Shown: positions 25,157 through 38,123 of the stretch, in pieces | Layout: each line of letters opens with the position of its first letter | How positions within the stretch are numbered: position 1 is the stretch's first letter | Assembly (NCBI RefSeq): GCF_001194135.2 | Contig: NC_068995.1 | Span: forward strand, 37,106,711-37,157,986 | Length of the DNA stretch: 51,276 nt | Reading direction: 5' to 3' | Source: Octopus bimaculoides | Lineage: Eukaryota | Notes under the pieces: model-generated | Told to the model about the DNA's origin: nothing | What the model saw: the letters and a program-made list of their open reading frames with translations, nothing else | Databases searched by the model: none | Translations under genes and position numbers: made by a program

Positions 25157-26066
25157 GATGTGATGGGTAAATTGTCGCCATTTTATATTTTTAATTTCAC
25201 GCATGCGCATAGTTCGCTTTTGATTTTGTCGACTACACAGTCTCAGAGATTGTGCCCAACTGACCCTACTATAGTAGTCAGTTGGGCACAGTCTCTGAGA
25301 AAAACAGCACCATGACGCAATTTAGTCTGCGAGAAATTTGGAAATGCCATACTGTAGTGCTTGGCATGCGCACCGGAAGCTCCAATACGAACATTTCAGA
25401 GGTTTGTGTGTCAATCTGAGGACAGTGCAATCTGAAGATGTGTACCGAAAATGATAAAAATCAAAAATCCAGTCAACATCATTGTGTTTGGTGTGATCAT
25501 TAATAATGGCGACGTTATGCCTCCATTCTTTTTCGCACACGGCCTCGGACTCAACACGGAAGCCTACATCAAGTGTCTAGAGGTGGTAGTGCTGTCCTGG
25601 GTCAAGTGGGTGGCTGCTGGAAGACTCTATGCCTGGCAACAGGACTCTGCGGCATGCCACACAAGTAAGAGAACCCAGTTTTGGCTGTCAGACAATTTCT
25701 GCGGCCACATTGCACCTAACATCTGGCGACCTAACTCCCCAGACTGCAACTCCCTTGATTATCCTGTGTGGGGTGCAGTTGTACCAGAGATCAACAAAAC
25801 TCCTTGTAACACCGAAGATGAACTGAAGCCAAGGAATATGGGAGCATTCACCAACATAAACAAATAGTCTGTCAAGAAGAGTTGCAGGAGATTCCAAAGT
25901 CGTCTGGAGGCTGTGGTTGAGGCCAATGGCAATTTTATTGAATAAATTTTCTCTTTAGTATTTCAAGATATTTTTATGTAATTTTGGAAAATATGTCTTA
26001 AAATGAGATGTCAGTTTTATTTTCATATTTGTGTAATTTAGACGACAGTTTATTCACCGTACCCTG
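25153..26066 (+). mobile_element. Internally deleted DD37D (maT/mori-type) Tc1/mariner transposon
   Basis: WQQDS...WRPNSPDCNSLDY has 37 residues between the two Asp. Right TIR cgacagtttattcaccgtaccctg|TA; degenerate left TIR gatgtgatgggtaaattgtcg. HTH2 and the first Asp are deleted near 25440. Confidence 0.88.
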
Positions 26067-26943
26067 TATCATACATTATATATATANNNNNNNNNNNNNN
26101 NNNNNNNNNNNNNNNNNNNNNNNNNNNNNNNNNNNNNNNNNNNNNNNNNNNNNNNNNNNNNNNNNNNNNNNNNNNNNNNNNNNNNNNNNNNNNNNNNNNN
26201 NNNNNNNNNNNNNNNNNNNNNNNNNNNNNNNNNNNNNNNNNNNNNNNNNNNNNNNNNNNNNNNNNNNNNNNNNNNNNNNNNNNNNNNNNNNNNNNNNNNN
26301 NNNNNNNNNNNNNNNNNNNNNNNNNNNNNNNNNNNNNNNNNNNNNNNNNNNNNNNNNNNNNNNNNNNNNNNNNNNNNNNNNNNNNNNNNNNNNNNNNNNN
26401 NNNNNNNNNNNNNNNNNNNNNNNNNNNNNNNNNNNNNNNNNNNNNNNNNNNNNNNNNNNNNNNNNNNNNNNNNNNNNNNNNNNNNNNNNNNNNNNNNNNN
26501 NNNNNNNNNNNNNNNNNNNNNNNNNNNNNNNNNNNNNNNNNNNNNNNNNNNNNNNNNNNNNNNNNNNNNNNNNNNNNNNNNNNNNNNNNNNNNNNNNNNN
26601 NNNNNNNNNNNNNNNNNNNNNNNNNNNNNNNNNNNNNNNNNNNNNNNNNNNNNNNNNNNNNNNNNNNNNNNNNNNNNNNNNNNNNNNNNNNNNNNNNNNN
26701 NNNNNNNNNNNNNNNNNNNNNNNNNNNNNNNNNNNNNNNNNNNNNNNNNNNNNNNNNNNNNNNNNNNNNNNNNNNNNNNNNNNNNNNNNNNNNNNNNNNN
26801 NNNNNNNNNNNNNNNNNNNNNNNNNNNNNNNNNNNNNNNNNNNNNNNNNNNNNNNNNNNNNNNNNNNNNNNNNNNNNNNNNNNNNNNNNNNNNNNNNNNN
26901 NAATCTGATTATTATAGGGGTATATATATACATACACATGCAC

Positions 26944-26998
<55 letters not shown>

Positions 26999-27117
26999 AA
27001 TACACACATGTATGTATGTAGTATAAATATTTCGACAATACATGACATTATGCTTTGTAAAATGAAATCAATATCGTTCATACAATTTCTATAAAAGGAA
27101 TAAAAAATTGTCCATAC

Positions 27118-27291
27118 CACTAATCGGTATTCACATTTGGTTTCACAGTCGATCGTAGACGATTTCTTTACTCTCACTGTCCCTACAACAGGATGAATCG
27201 AGAATTTGAAACTTCCAGGACCTGACAAACTGTATCTGATATTTTGGTTCTTCCTTGTTTTGTCAGCATCTTTGGCTTCAATTTTCTGTTC
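27118..27291 (-). CDS. Cadherin gene, exon D (58 codons, or 56 if the 27285 acceptor is used; phase 0-0)
   Basis: Tandem acceptors gag cag|gaa cag|aaa and donor gtg|gtatgg. Encodes (EQ)KIEAKDADKTRKNQNIRYSLSGPGSFKFSIHPVVGTVRVKKSSTIDCETKCEYRLV. Confidence 0.9.
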
Positions 27292-27345
27292 CTGCTCATT
27301 TAAGAAAATTTATAAAATTTGTTAAATTTTGAAATGACAGTTAAA

Positions 27346-27387
<42 letters not shown>

Positions 27388-27549
27388 AATGATAGGGACA
27401 AGCGCGACTAATGTTATGTGAGAAAGACTATGAAGAATGCTACTTGTCATGACAGTTGTGTGTTATTATGAATGATGATGCGCAAATGTAGCTATTCGGG
27501 AAAAAATGCTGAAATAAATTTGATGACATTATGAAATCAAAAGCCCAAG

Positions 27550-30340
27550 CTCGGAACAACATTAACAAGAAAATTAAGAATGTAATGTAATCTGGACACC
27601 GTTATGTATGACTGACACTTATTTGATGCATTACGTGGATGAAATAACACGAAACTTTTAAGTAAACGAGACCAGCATCTGGGACAAACAATATAAAGTG
27701 ATTTGGACTTTTGAACATGAATAAAACAAAACGGGACAATCCCATTAAATACAATTGACGCTTAGTGCATTATATTCGATGCGTTAGTATTACAAAACAA
27801 ATTATGTTGTTTAAATAGCACACGAAATATAGAGTAAGTAAACATTAGGAAAGAGCAAAATTAAATAAAACTTTTGAATACAAGCAAAGCAAACGAAACG
27901 AACAGACTGAAAAATAAAAATCCGAGGGATAAATCAATTAAAGGCAAAACCACTATGAGTTGAATCGGAGTAAATGAAGAATCTCCTGTGTCAGTTTCCG
28001 TGATCACTATAACGATGCAAAAATAACGCTACATATAGTTCAGAACCTCTTAAAAGGTTAACACTTAGTAGAAAAGATCATATGATACATTTGGCATAAA
28101 AAAGAAATTTAAAAAAATAAAAATTAAAACATAACGCTAGAGTAATAGACATTAAATTGAAGTGTTACATGGTTTACATGGCTACATTCAGTACACAGGA
28201 AGATTATTAAAGAGACGCCTACATTACAAATGAAAATAAAATAAAACAGATGAAGAGATGAAAATGCCACTGCGAACACATTTATTAATGTATGGAGATT
28301 TTTTACAAACTGTTCCCGGAATTGAAATAAAGCTACTTAAGGAAAGAAGTCACGCGGAAATGAAAACTAAATAAGCGATTACGCATATAACTACCTGTCA
28401 TAAGGGAATGAAAATAGCCCAACAGAAGCGATTACAAACGAAACCTGTCAAAAACCGGCTATTGCACAACAAGAAGAAATAACTATAAAACACTTAATGT
28501 TCAATAGAAAACAAGGTAATACAATGTACATTCAGTAAATGAGCTCCTAAAGCGCAACAAAAATACTACAGAGTTCATCACTCATGGAAGAACAAAGATG
28601 TTTCTGTAAATCGAAAGTAAGCACTAGATAAAAATGGATCAAAATAGAAAATTTAAATCTCTATGTGGAAAAGTTGAAATACAAATTAGAAATTAATTAC
28701 ACCAAAGAAAATGTCTTAAAATAGATAACAACTGAGAGTACTGAAAAGTGAAATATAAAATCAAAACGGAATTCCAAAATATACCGGAGAAAAATGGCGA
28801 GGAAATAATTCTCTGCAAGATACGGTTGTTGTTGTTGCTGTTGGCACTCCGTCGCTTACGACGTCGAGGGTTCCAGTTGATCCGATCAACGGAACAGCCT
28901 GCTCGTGAAATTAACGTGCAAGTGGCTGAGCACTCCACAGACACGTGTACTCTTAACGTAGTTCTCGGGGATATTCAGCGTGACACAGTGTGACAAGGCT
29001 GACCCTTTGAATTACAGGCACAAGAGAAACAGGAAGTAAGAGTGAGAGAAAGTTGTGGTGAAAGAGTACAGCAAGGTTCACCACCATCCTCTGCCGGAGC
29101 CTCGTGGAGCTTTAGGTGTTTTCGTTCAATAAACACTCACAACGCCCGGTCTGGGAATCGAAACCGCGATCCTATGACCGCGAGTCCGCTCCCCTAACCA
29201 CTGGGCCATTGCGCCTCCACGCAAGATACGGTAGAGCAGAAGCAAACAACAGGGAAAACTAATAATGATTTAAAAGCTCTGGGATAGAAGCAGACGTAGG
29301 AGTAATACTTAGATACAAACAACTGCAAAAATAAAATAATGAAAAGAAGATAACACCATATCCAAGCTTTCAACACGTCTATGTAGTAGTTTGAACACGT
29401 ATCAAATAAGGTACATCACAACGACTTGGCTATAGAAGGAGAGCAGGGAAAATGGTTTATATATGATAACTAAGGTTTATTTTCTGATAGACCAAAAGTA
29501 AGCAAAGGAGAAACTTTCAATGTGTAAGGAGGAAGGCGAATGACTTTAAAATAACACCGATAATAATGGGAGCACTCATGTTAAAATTTGAAGGATTTGA
29601 GTATGATACATATTAACAACCATAAGTCTTTGGATAGTGATCTCCATGTACAGATGCTGGAAACATTAGCCATAAATAAAGTACCAACTATGAATTAATG
29701 AAAAGCAATTCTGTTGATACAGACAAAGGAGAGTATTATTAAAACAAACCTCGCATTGAATGGAAAACTAATATTTCAAGGACGCTTATTTTAACTCTCT
29801 AATATATTTTTGGTGTATGCTAGTATCTTTAGCATTTTAAACCAGATAGAAATCGAATAAAAATACTATGGAAGGATATCAGGCTATAAAATGTTCCAAT
29901 GCAACCTCGAGGAAAAGACAATAAATTAGGACTGTTAATATCATGAGAGGCTTCAACGAAATCCAGATTTAGAATTCTTTAAAACCAATGAACTAGACAG
30001 AATAGAGCACATATAAATAGAAGAAAAGTTAGGAAGCAATATTATAGACTCGTTTGGTGAATACTTAAAACTGAGTTAGATGCAAAATGTAAGTTAATCG
30101 GTATCTGTAGCTGTGTCAGTAATACGTTTTAGTTATAATATATAATCCGAAGCTCAGGAATTACAAATAGACACGGTATACAGGAAATAACACTACAAGA
30201 CATTGCACATATATTACGTAGAATAATGTCAATACAACATGAAACACAGAACCAAAAGAAAATACAGCATGTGGTCAATACGCAGAAGATGCACTCGGCA
30301 CTGCAATAAAAGCACACGGTTAAAATATGACGACAGAAAT
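27550..30340 (+). mobile_element. Old, highly degraded R4/Dong-type LINE copy
   Basis: The 3' end (AHILRRIMSIQ, then ...gcactcggcactgcaataaaagcacacggttaaa) resembles 39440-39590. EFITHGRTK near 28570 and an RKEGGRGL-like segment near 29525 fit the family. 5' boundary uncertain. Confidence 0.55.
28827..29220 (-). mobile_element. Complete SINE family C copy (tRNA-derived head, (CAA)n tail) with a 12-bp target-site duplication
   Basis: TSD gcaagatacggt at 28815-28826 and 29221-29232. Head gtggaggcgcaatggcccagtggttag...ggtttcgattccc contains A and B boxes. Confidence 0.93.
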
Positions 30341-33037
30341 ACGTACTTATGAATATGGTAATAATGATAATGAAAGTGGTGATGATGAGTTGCAAAGTGA
30401 ATGAGACAAGGAAGCGACTGCGTGATTGTACGGTATGGATACCATAGTAGTTATCATTATATTCAAAACAAAAACGCGCGCGCACACCACATGCAAAAAT
30501 CATCAGGTTATATTTCTTTACAAAGAATTACAGAAAATTATGATTTAGACTGAATTCATTTCCTGAGAATATGAGTCTCAACAAGATACAAAGCACTACC
30601 AGCAGCAACAGCAATAGCAATAACTACATCAACAACAATAACAACACCAACAACAAGTATTTTTCACTGGCATTGGCACAAGCTGTGAGGGAGAAGAGAG
30701 TCGAATGACTAGACACCTGTAAATACGTAATGCAAATTCGATCCTGGGTGGAACTAAGTCTCGCCACAAAACTGTAGGAATTTGTGAGAAGGAAATAAAA
30801 CTGTTTCGATTTCAAATACCATATAATTAACGCCAACTGTCAGTTGGATAAGTTTAATTTTAGAAAAGTTTAGATTGTTTTCTTGAGAAACTAAAAGCGC
30901 AGTATTCGAACTGAATGAAAAGAACGTGTGTAATATGAAGAGTGTGCTCATTTTGATTGATTGCTTTTTATGTTTAACTTCAGACTAGTCCCGATTCAGC
31001 TGATGTTTAATTAAAAGCATCCTCTGCCTCTTTTTAGACGTTGCATATAATCAAGCATTATCCAGTAAGTAACTTGTTTTAAGAAAATAAGGTTTAAATT
31101 ATAGGATTGAAGCAGATCCTGGGCCGGATCGCTGGAGAGCCGTGGTGATACCATGTTAAGATCACTATGGTTTCACGAGTTCGGCTAATTAACCGACCAA
31201 TCAGTGTCAAGTCATCACGTGATTCGATTTTTTAGAACTCTCTAATGAGTCTTATAGAGGTTGGGCTGTTGGTGGTAGCTTCAGAATGTTGAGGCAGTTG
31301 CTGTAATTACTCCATTCCCATTTTCTATTCATCAGCTATGCAAATAGAAGGTAGAGATTTTGCCATCATGAATATTTTCCCAGCTGTGACGGACTACTCA
31401 CTGATTGGTACCTACCAGGTATTTTGTCGTAAACCCCAGTATTATGTCACTTCCGGTTTGTACAAATCGTTGCTTTTATTCTTCATCCGAAGACAAATGC
31501 AAGAAACACTATGTACTGTAAATAAAACTTATGTTAATTGTTCGTGGGTGTTGTTTATCCTTTTACGCGCTGCCCTAGAAAGACATTTTGCTTCCCCACA
31601 AGCATCAATCAACAGCCACAATAGAAAACATTCCACCATAGGATATTTGAGCTACTCTTTCTAACAGATCGAAGACTCAATAACGATTTCCCGTGTATCA
31701 CGAAAATAAAGCAATTTACAAACAGACAATAGGTTTCCTAAAGAAGAGAAAACGTTTGAGTAAGGATGGAAAAGTAGAAGCTTTTGCTATGTGAAAAAGA
31801 AACAAAATATGAGAAATATGCTATCAGCAACTGTCCAAACACACTCAAATTCATGCTAACGCGACATCCATTTATCTCTTACTACTAAACTAATAATTTA
31901 ATAGAAACTTCATATTTAATACAATTACGTAATTCATTCTTTACAAATCAAATTATATTCGATGACTGTAAATATAACTGAATAACAATATTAAATAAGT
32001 GTGTCAGCCTATCAAATAATCACTCTCACTCACTCCCTCATATACGCACACACATATACGTACACATCTACACACATACACTCTATGTGTGTATGTATAT
32101 GTATGTGTATGTATATGTATGTATATGTATGTGGACGTATATATATATATCTCAGACACGTGCCGTCGGTAGTTACTTAGGGCAGGCAGCTGGCGATCTC
32201 TATGTAGTAAAACACACAAAAAATAAATATAGAAATGTAGGCAGCATGTATACTACATCAGTACTATACACAGGTTAAATACTTAGATTGAAAAGCAGGG
32301 GCAAATTATGCCTACCTAATCTCCAAACAAATAAAACATTTTGCATTTTATGCATAGTAATCAGACTAACCTTCATAATTTTATTGAATTAGGTGAATAT
32401 TTTGTCATGAAAGGAAAATATTACTATTGATCTATTTTATTCAGGGTAGGTACTGCCTACTTTGCCTACCTTGGCGGCACGTCCCTGACACACGCACACT
32501 TCAGATAAGACAAAATGAGTTTAGCACATCTTTGATTTTAATGACTTGTTACAATTGTTTCTAAAGCATTCTGCTTTAACGCTAAATATACATACACATA
32601 TCCATGCATACATCCATCCATAACACACATATATATACATATATTCTTTTACTTGTTTCAGTCATTCGACTGCAGCCATGCTGGTGTTAAATGCATACAT
32701 TCAGAAGTACATCATTACGAATGGTATGAGTAACTGTGCTAATGAGAACAACTAATGATCTTGTGTCTAGTGAGGGTTATTAGGCCAATAACAATGAAAA
32801 TAAACACGCACTGTTTCAATACCGCTTCTTTATTTTTTTAGCAACTAACTATTCAAATTGTCGATGAATGTGATGGCTGAATGACCAATTGGATGTTAGT
32901 TTTCTTTGTCAGTGTCCGTTCGTCGCTATTCGTGACCTTATCAATGACATGCCCTTGCTCTTCAAGATATGCTCTGAATCTGTCTTGCGTATGTGTGTAT
33001 GCAAATTTCTTCTGAGTGTTTATTTAGGAGTATTTCT

Positions 33038-33039
<2 letters not shown>

Positions 33040-33078
<39 letters not shown>

Positions 33079-33320
33079 TTGTGTGCATTTCACGCGCGCG
33101 TGCGTGCGTGCGTGTTGTAGCCAGTTGCTTTTTGAATAGATAAGAGTGTGTGTATGTTTGTTTCTGCGCATTCTTTTCTGAGTGGGTTTTACCGTGCATG
33201 TGTGCGCGCGAATATGTGTGCGTGTGCTTATGTATATCAGTATATGCGTGTGTGTATGGATGTGTGTGTGCATGTGTGGTTGTGCATTCTTGTGTGTATT
33301 TGTTTTCGTGTGTGTGTTGA
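33040..33320. repeat. Extended (TG)n / degenerate purine-pyrimidine alternating tract
   Basis: Pure (GT)n followed by about 250 bp of degenerate alternating sequence; this explains the spurious HTHT and CVCV ORFs. Confidence 0.9.
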
Positions 33321-33479
33321 TTTATATGGTTGTGTACTGGAATTGTTGAATTAAAACAGTGACGATGGTACAAAATTAAGCCAAAGCATTTATATTATGA
33401 TTTGGTCAAAGCAAATAACATAAATTGTCTAAATATCATTTTCACTATAGACAAAACGCCTGAAATGCTGGGGTAGAAG

Positions 33480-33615
33480 GCTAATTGATTACATCGACAT
33501 CAATGGTTAAGTATTCCTTTATCAGCCCCGAAAGGATGAAAAGCAAAATTGATCTCGGCAGAATTTGAACTCAGAACGTAAACAACTAGAAGAAATGCTG
33601 CTAAGCATTTTGCTC
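33480..33615 (-). mobile_element. SINE family A copy (partial)
   Basis: ccgaaaggatgaaaagcaaaattgatctcggcagaatttgaactcagaacgtaaa...gctaagcattttg. Confidence 0.75.
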
Positions 33616-34545
33616 ATCAGATTAAAATTGTCTCAGTTTGATTGACTGACAAAGCCGGTTATATTCCAGCTTCAGCATTTTTAGTGATTAGGGAATGGGC
33701 AGCCAGTAGTTGTGAAGATAACTGATCCTGCAACATTAAATGTTTATTTTATCTACATTAACATTATGCAGAAAACAACCGCAACAGAATAAAATTGCAC
33801 ATCATATGACGAAACTATATTCTTTACAACCAAGTTTTTTTTTTATGTAAGAATTATCTTAGTTCATATTTTAATTGTATCTCTTAGAAGCAATAAATAA
33901 ACAGAGTCGCATAAAACTGGATGTTGCTAAAGTAAACACACGGTGTATTTACAAAACATTGTTACAAAAAGATAATATATCAAATCTCAGAATTCAAAAT
34001 GTTTTGAAAAGTCACTGATAGTTTGCATTTCTTAATTATTGTTCTGTTAATAATTTGAGTATATTACAGAGATACAGCTGTAGATAATGTAATATGTCAT
34101 GTTTATGATAAAATAATGCCGATTTAACATTAAGTATGAATTTAAACAATGTTAATTTTGCTTTGATAATCGCTTTTCTAATGGCAATATAAATTTCGAA
34201 AATTTGAAACATAAATCATTGCGCTGGATGATGTCGAAGAAGGTGGCAAACAGTAGGTTTTCATAACATGTACATGATAGCATTATAGCGTTCTACTTCG
34301 TTTCTGTGGGTTCTATGTTTAATACTTTAGATTTGACTTTTCAAAGCGCCGACTATGTATGGATCCGATTCACTTGTAATATTCATTCTCAGTAGATACC
34401 GAGGTTAATCTAAAACCTTCGGACTGCATGTTCATTGTATTTAAGCTATTGATATTTTCTTTTGGGATTCATTATTTCAAATAACAATCGTCTGTGATTA
34501 GTTAAAAAGAAACCAATAACTTAAAGCTTTCCTGTGAATATTTAT

Positions 34546-34700
34546 GCGTTTCTGTCTTTACGTTCTGAGTTCAAATTCCGTCGAGGTCGACTTTTTCTTT
34601 CATCCTTTCGGGGTCGATAAAATAAGTACCAGTTGCGTACTGGAGTCGATCTAATCGACTGCCCACCACAAAATTTCGGGCCTTGTTACTAGAGTAGAAA
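34546..34700 (+). mobile_element. SINE family A copy (5'-truncated, well conserved)
   Basis: tctttacgttctgagttcaaattccgtcgaggtcgact...gtcgatctaatcgactg...gggccttg. Confidence 0.88.
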
Positions 34701-34791
34701 AAAATATTTATGCACTTCTTGAATTGTTCATCTCAGAATCTTAATGACAATACTTACGTGGTTTGATTGGATAAAGCTACAGAATTGTAAG

Positions 34792-34858
34792 CGAGTTGTA
34801 TAGTTATTTGTATGGGAGTTGTATAGTCTTTTGTATGGGAGTTATATAGTCATTTTGA
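34792..34858. repeat. 24-bp minisatellite, about 3 units (gagttgtatagt(c/t)(a/t)tttgtatgg)
   Basis: Direct tandem units visible. Confidence 0.85.
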
Positions 34859-35337
34859 TTCCACAGCAAAGCCAATAGTAAGGTCAATGAGGGTAGTGTT
34901 TTAAAGCAAAAGTACAAAGAAATAGACTAAATATTGGCTCGTATTTAGTGTAGTGTTGTACAAGTTCTACTATTTCACCATGCTTTCGAAAGTATCAGCT
35001 ATAAAAAGCAAACAATAAACTACTTCATATTATTTAAGTTTAGAAGGAAGTCATATAATTTTGCGAAAGGACAATAACGATAAAAATTTTGCCTGTAGTA
35101 TTTGGTTGAGATTCATTTTTAAGTATCTTTGTAGGAAGAACAGCAATATCGCCATATTCAATAAGATAATAAAACAGAATATAAATATTCGAATATCGTA
35201 TACAATGAAATGAACTGCTTTACTATTCAAGATTAATACGTTTGACCCTTTCCTAAAAGGATCTGTCACCCAATTCTGAAAGAGATTTGAGCTACAACAT
35301 GAAATCTAAAGGCAGTATTAACATTTGTGGCCTTTAT

Positions 35338-35545
35338 GACGGAGTGCTGGCAGATTCGTTACCACACGGGAAAAATTGCTTAGTGGTGTTTTTCAGCTTC
35401 TACGTTCTCAGTTCAAATTCCGCTACAACCGACTTTGCCTTTTATCGTTTTGGGGTCGATAGTATAAGTACCAGTTGATCACTGACGTTGATGTAATCGA
35501 CTTATCCCTTCTCTGAAATTGCTGGCCTTTTTGCGAAAATTTTAA
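35338..35545 (+). mobile_element. SINE family A copy
   Basis: gctggcagattcgttaccac...gagttcaaattccgc...ggggtcgatagtataagtaccagttg. Confidence 0.8.
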
Positions 35546-36339
35546 ACCGTTATTTGTGGTCTTTAAAGAAAGTCTTTCGATTCAGTTCACAGAGCAGAAA
35601 TACTTGAAATACTACAATTATAGAGTGTACATCAAAAGATAATGCCAAAATACTTTACTCTGAAACAAAATCCATTGTACTTATACTCGATGGTAAAACA
35701 GATCACTTAATTGATTGCAGGAATTCTTGAAGGCAATACACTAACATATTTTGTTTTAATCATTGTCCTTTCATATACACGGCGAGTATTAGTGGATATG
35801 ATTTTTAGTAAAGGTGTGTTTTAGACACTGTACGGTAATGCTCATGCTATCCACCCCCTAATTAACCGATAGTGAATTTTCAGATAATGTTGCACTACTT
35901 GCTAGTTACTTATATGGTGCACAAGATCACTAATCTTTCTCGAGATTACAATAATCTGCATAGGGCTTTATATAAACAACCTCTAAAACAGAATACACTC
36001 ATTTATGTCATGCGAGAACAGGCACGATTGTTACAGCTAAAAGCCTTGAACAGTAATATTCTAAACTGCGTAAAAACTTTGAAATACTTTGACGTTCTCA
36101 TTTGCAGTAAACTGATCAGTATTTAAACAATCCATTAAATCCACGAATTTCGTGCTCAGTTTTCATTCGTGGCTCAGAATAATGGGAACCTATTAATAAG
36201 GCCTTAAAGACGTTTAAATGATTGATACAACCGACTTCTAAGTAGGTCACAAAATCTTATGTGGAAAACACATTGGATATGAAGGAAATTTTATGCTGAG
36301 CATTGCTTAGACAAACGCATAGTCTTGAATAATCCTTTT

Positions 36340-36545
36340 ATACTTTCGAAACGTTGCGCTTTGTACTTTGGAGACAAAACTGACCAGCTAATGAGAAGTT
36401 TTGTTCTGCTTTCCTGGTACCATTGTCAGAGATTCAAGACATAATGTGTGGGACCTTTGGTGTGGTGATTCATGATCCTGCTATCTGGAGAGGAGTTGTA
36501 TCTGTCTTGACAAAGATTGCCAAACGGATGATGAATGGGCTCAAA
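36340..36545 (+). mobile_element. Degraded CR1/L2-like LINE reverse transcriptase C-terminal fragment
   Basis: Frameshifted KRCALYFG ... WDL/GVVIHDPAIWRGVVSVLTKIAKRMM resembles the KCxVLHFG...RDLGV...KAxRM region of CR1/L2 RT. Confidence 0.45.
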
Positions 36546-36914
36546 ATATTAAACATACAGGAACGTAACCAAATACCAAAATGTATTTTATCTTTGAATT
36601 AAGATGAGTATACTATTCATAGAGAGAAAAGTAAACTAAAAATATGAAGTGAATTCTGTTTTATATGGGGTGGGAAATGAAAAAGTTTGATGTTTATCAT
36701 TTTGTGAAAGTTTACAAGCAACACAAGCGAAATTGAAATTGATAAGACTTGGAATTATATCTATATGTTTATTTTTATTCCAAGTTGACATGTATATTTG
36801 GAAAAAAATATTATTTACAGATGCCCATTTTCTCTCAGTCCTGCAGTTAATTTTAAATTGTGCTTAAGAATCTTGAACAAACCAAAAACGACTATATCCA
36901 AATATATCTAACTA

Positions 36915-37777
36915 CGAGGGGATATTTATTATAAAAAAGGGAAACAGTTCTCTGCGGGACAAGCCCATCGTAGTTCGGGTTTCCGCCTACCGAACGGCGT
37001 TACTCAGCTTAGTCGTACTGACACATATTGCATCTTTGTTTTGCAGTGCTTCTCCTTTGCTCGTCGATTTTCGCGATGGCTGAAACGAAGGAACAGCGTG
37101 CTTCCATGGAATTCTTTTTCTGCTAGGGGAAACGGCGGTCGAAACAGTTGTCATGCTTCAAACAGCTTACAGAGACGCTGCTGTGAACAAAACACAAGTT
37201 TACGAGTGGTTTTCACTCTTTAGGAATGGTCACTTGTCGCTTGAAGACCAACCACTTTCAGGACAACTGTAGACCTCCCGAACAAATGAAAACATCACGA
37301 AAATTCATGAATTGATCTTGGAGTACCATCACTGAACAATTGACGAACTTGCTGATATGATTGGTGTGTCCTGAGCTCCTGCCAACGAATTTTGAGTGAA
37401 GAATTGCGAATGAAAAGAGTTGCAACAAAATTTGAGCCTCGCTTGCTAACGAAAGATCAAAAGCAGTCACAACTGAATGCGTGTTGTGAACTGAAAGAAC
37501 AGCTGAAATTTGATCCGGACCTTTTTTCGAAGGTCATCACTGGTGACGAAAGCTGATGCTACGGAATTTGCAGATGTGGAAGAGGTGAAGAAAAAACGAC
37601 GGCTGCGTTAAAAGACATCACTTCGCAAGAGTTCCAGCACTGCTTCGAACTGGAGAAAATGTGTCTGGACCGATGCATTGTTTCAAATGGAGAATACTTT
37701 GAAGGCAATTGAAATGTAAACATGTAAAACTAAGTAAATAAAAAATATTTCAAAATTCCGGTTTCTTTTGGGTATGC
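36915..37777 (+). mobile_element. Internally deleted mariner transposon (third subfamily)
   Basis: TA|cgagggg start. Remnants MAETKEQRA, VYEWF, KFEPRLL and ITGDES*CYG join directly to C-terminal FADVEEVK...DRCIVSNGEYFEG. The second and third catalytic Asp regions are absent. Confidence 0.88.
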
Positions 37778-38078
37778 CAATATTATTGTAAAAAAAGAAA
37801 AAATAATTTTAGTTTTGAGAATTGTATTTTCGTGTAGGACAAAGTGGAATTAACATTTTGAACTAACATGTATTTTTTATAGCGCTCATTCTGCTATCAT
37901 GAAGGGGGAAAATAAATAAAGCTGAAATAACGGTTAACTCTTCATAACATTTATATATCTCAGATATTGACTTTCACGAAGCAATAATGAAGTTATGTTT
38001 AGGAAATGTTTCAGATAAAGTGAACAAGCAAAGGTGATAGAGTTAATCACAACTGATATTAGTTTATAAATAGTGTAT

Positions 38079-38123
<45 letters not shown>

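Noticed and set aside
26008-27228. ORFs of 320-392 aa
   Set aside because: They read through an 814-base N gap. Only 27118-27291 is real coding sequence (cadherin exon D).
27347-27388. (TTA)n as the target site of the degraded R4 copy
   Set aside because: Its orientation is opposite to the (TAA)n flanking the other plus-strand R4 copies, and the element's 5' end is not defined.
29150-29220. tRNA gene
   Set aside because: The tRNA-like A and B boxes are a SINE head that continues into a SINE body flanked by a TSD. The same holds for the other tRNA-like heads.
32860-32990. Minus-strand frame FRAYLEEQGHVIDKVTNSDE... as a possible extra cadherin exon
   Set aside because: It ends in a stop without a good donor, and exons C and D already join seamlessly.
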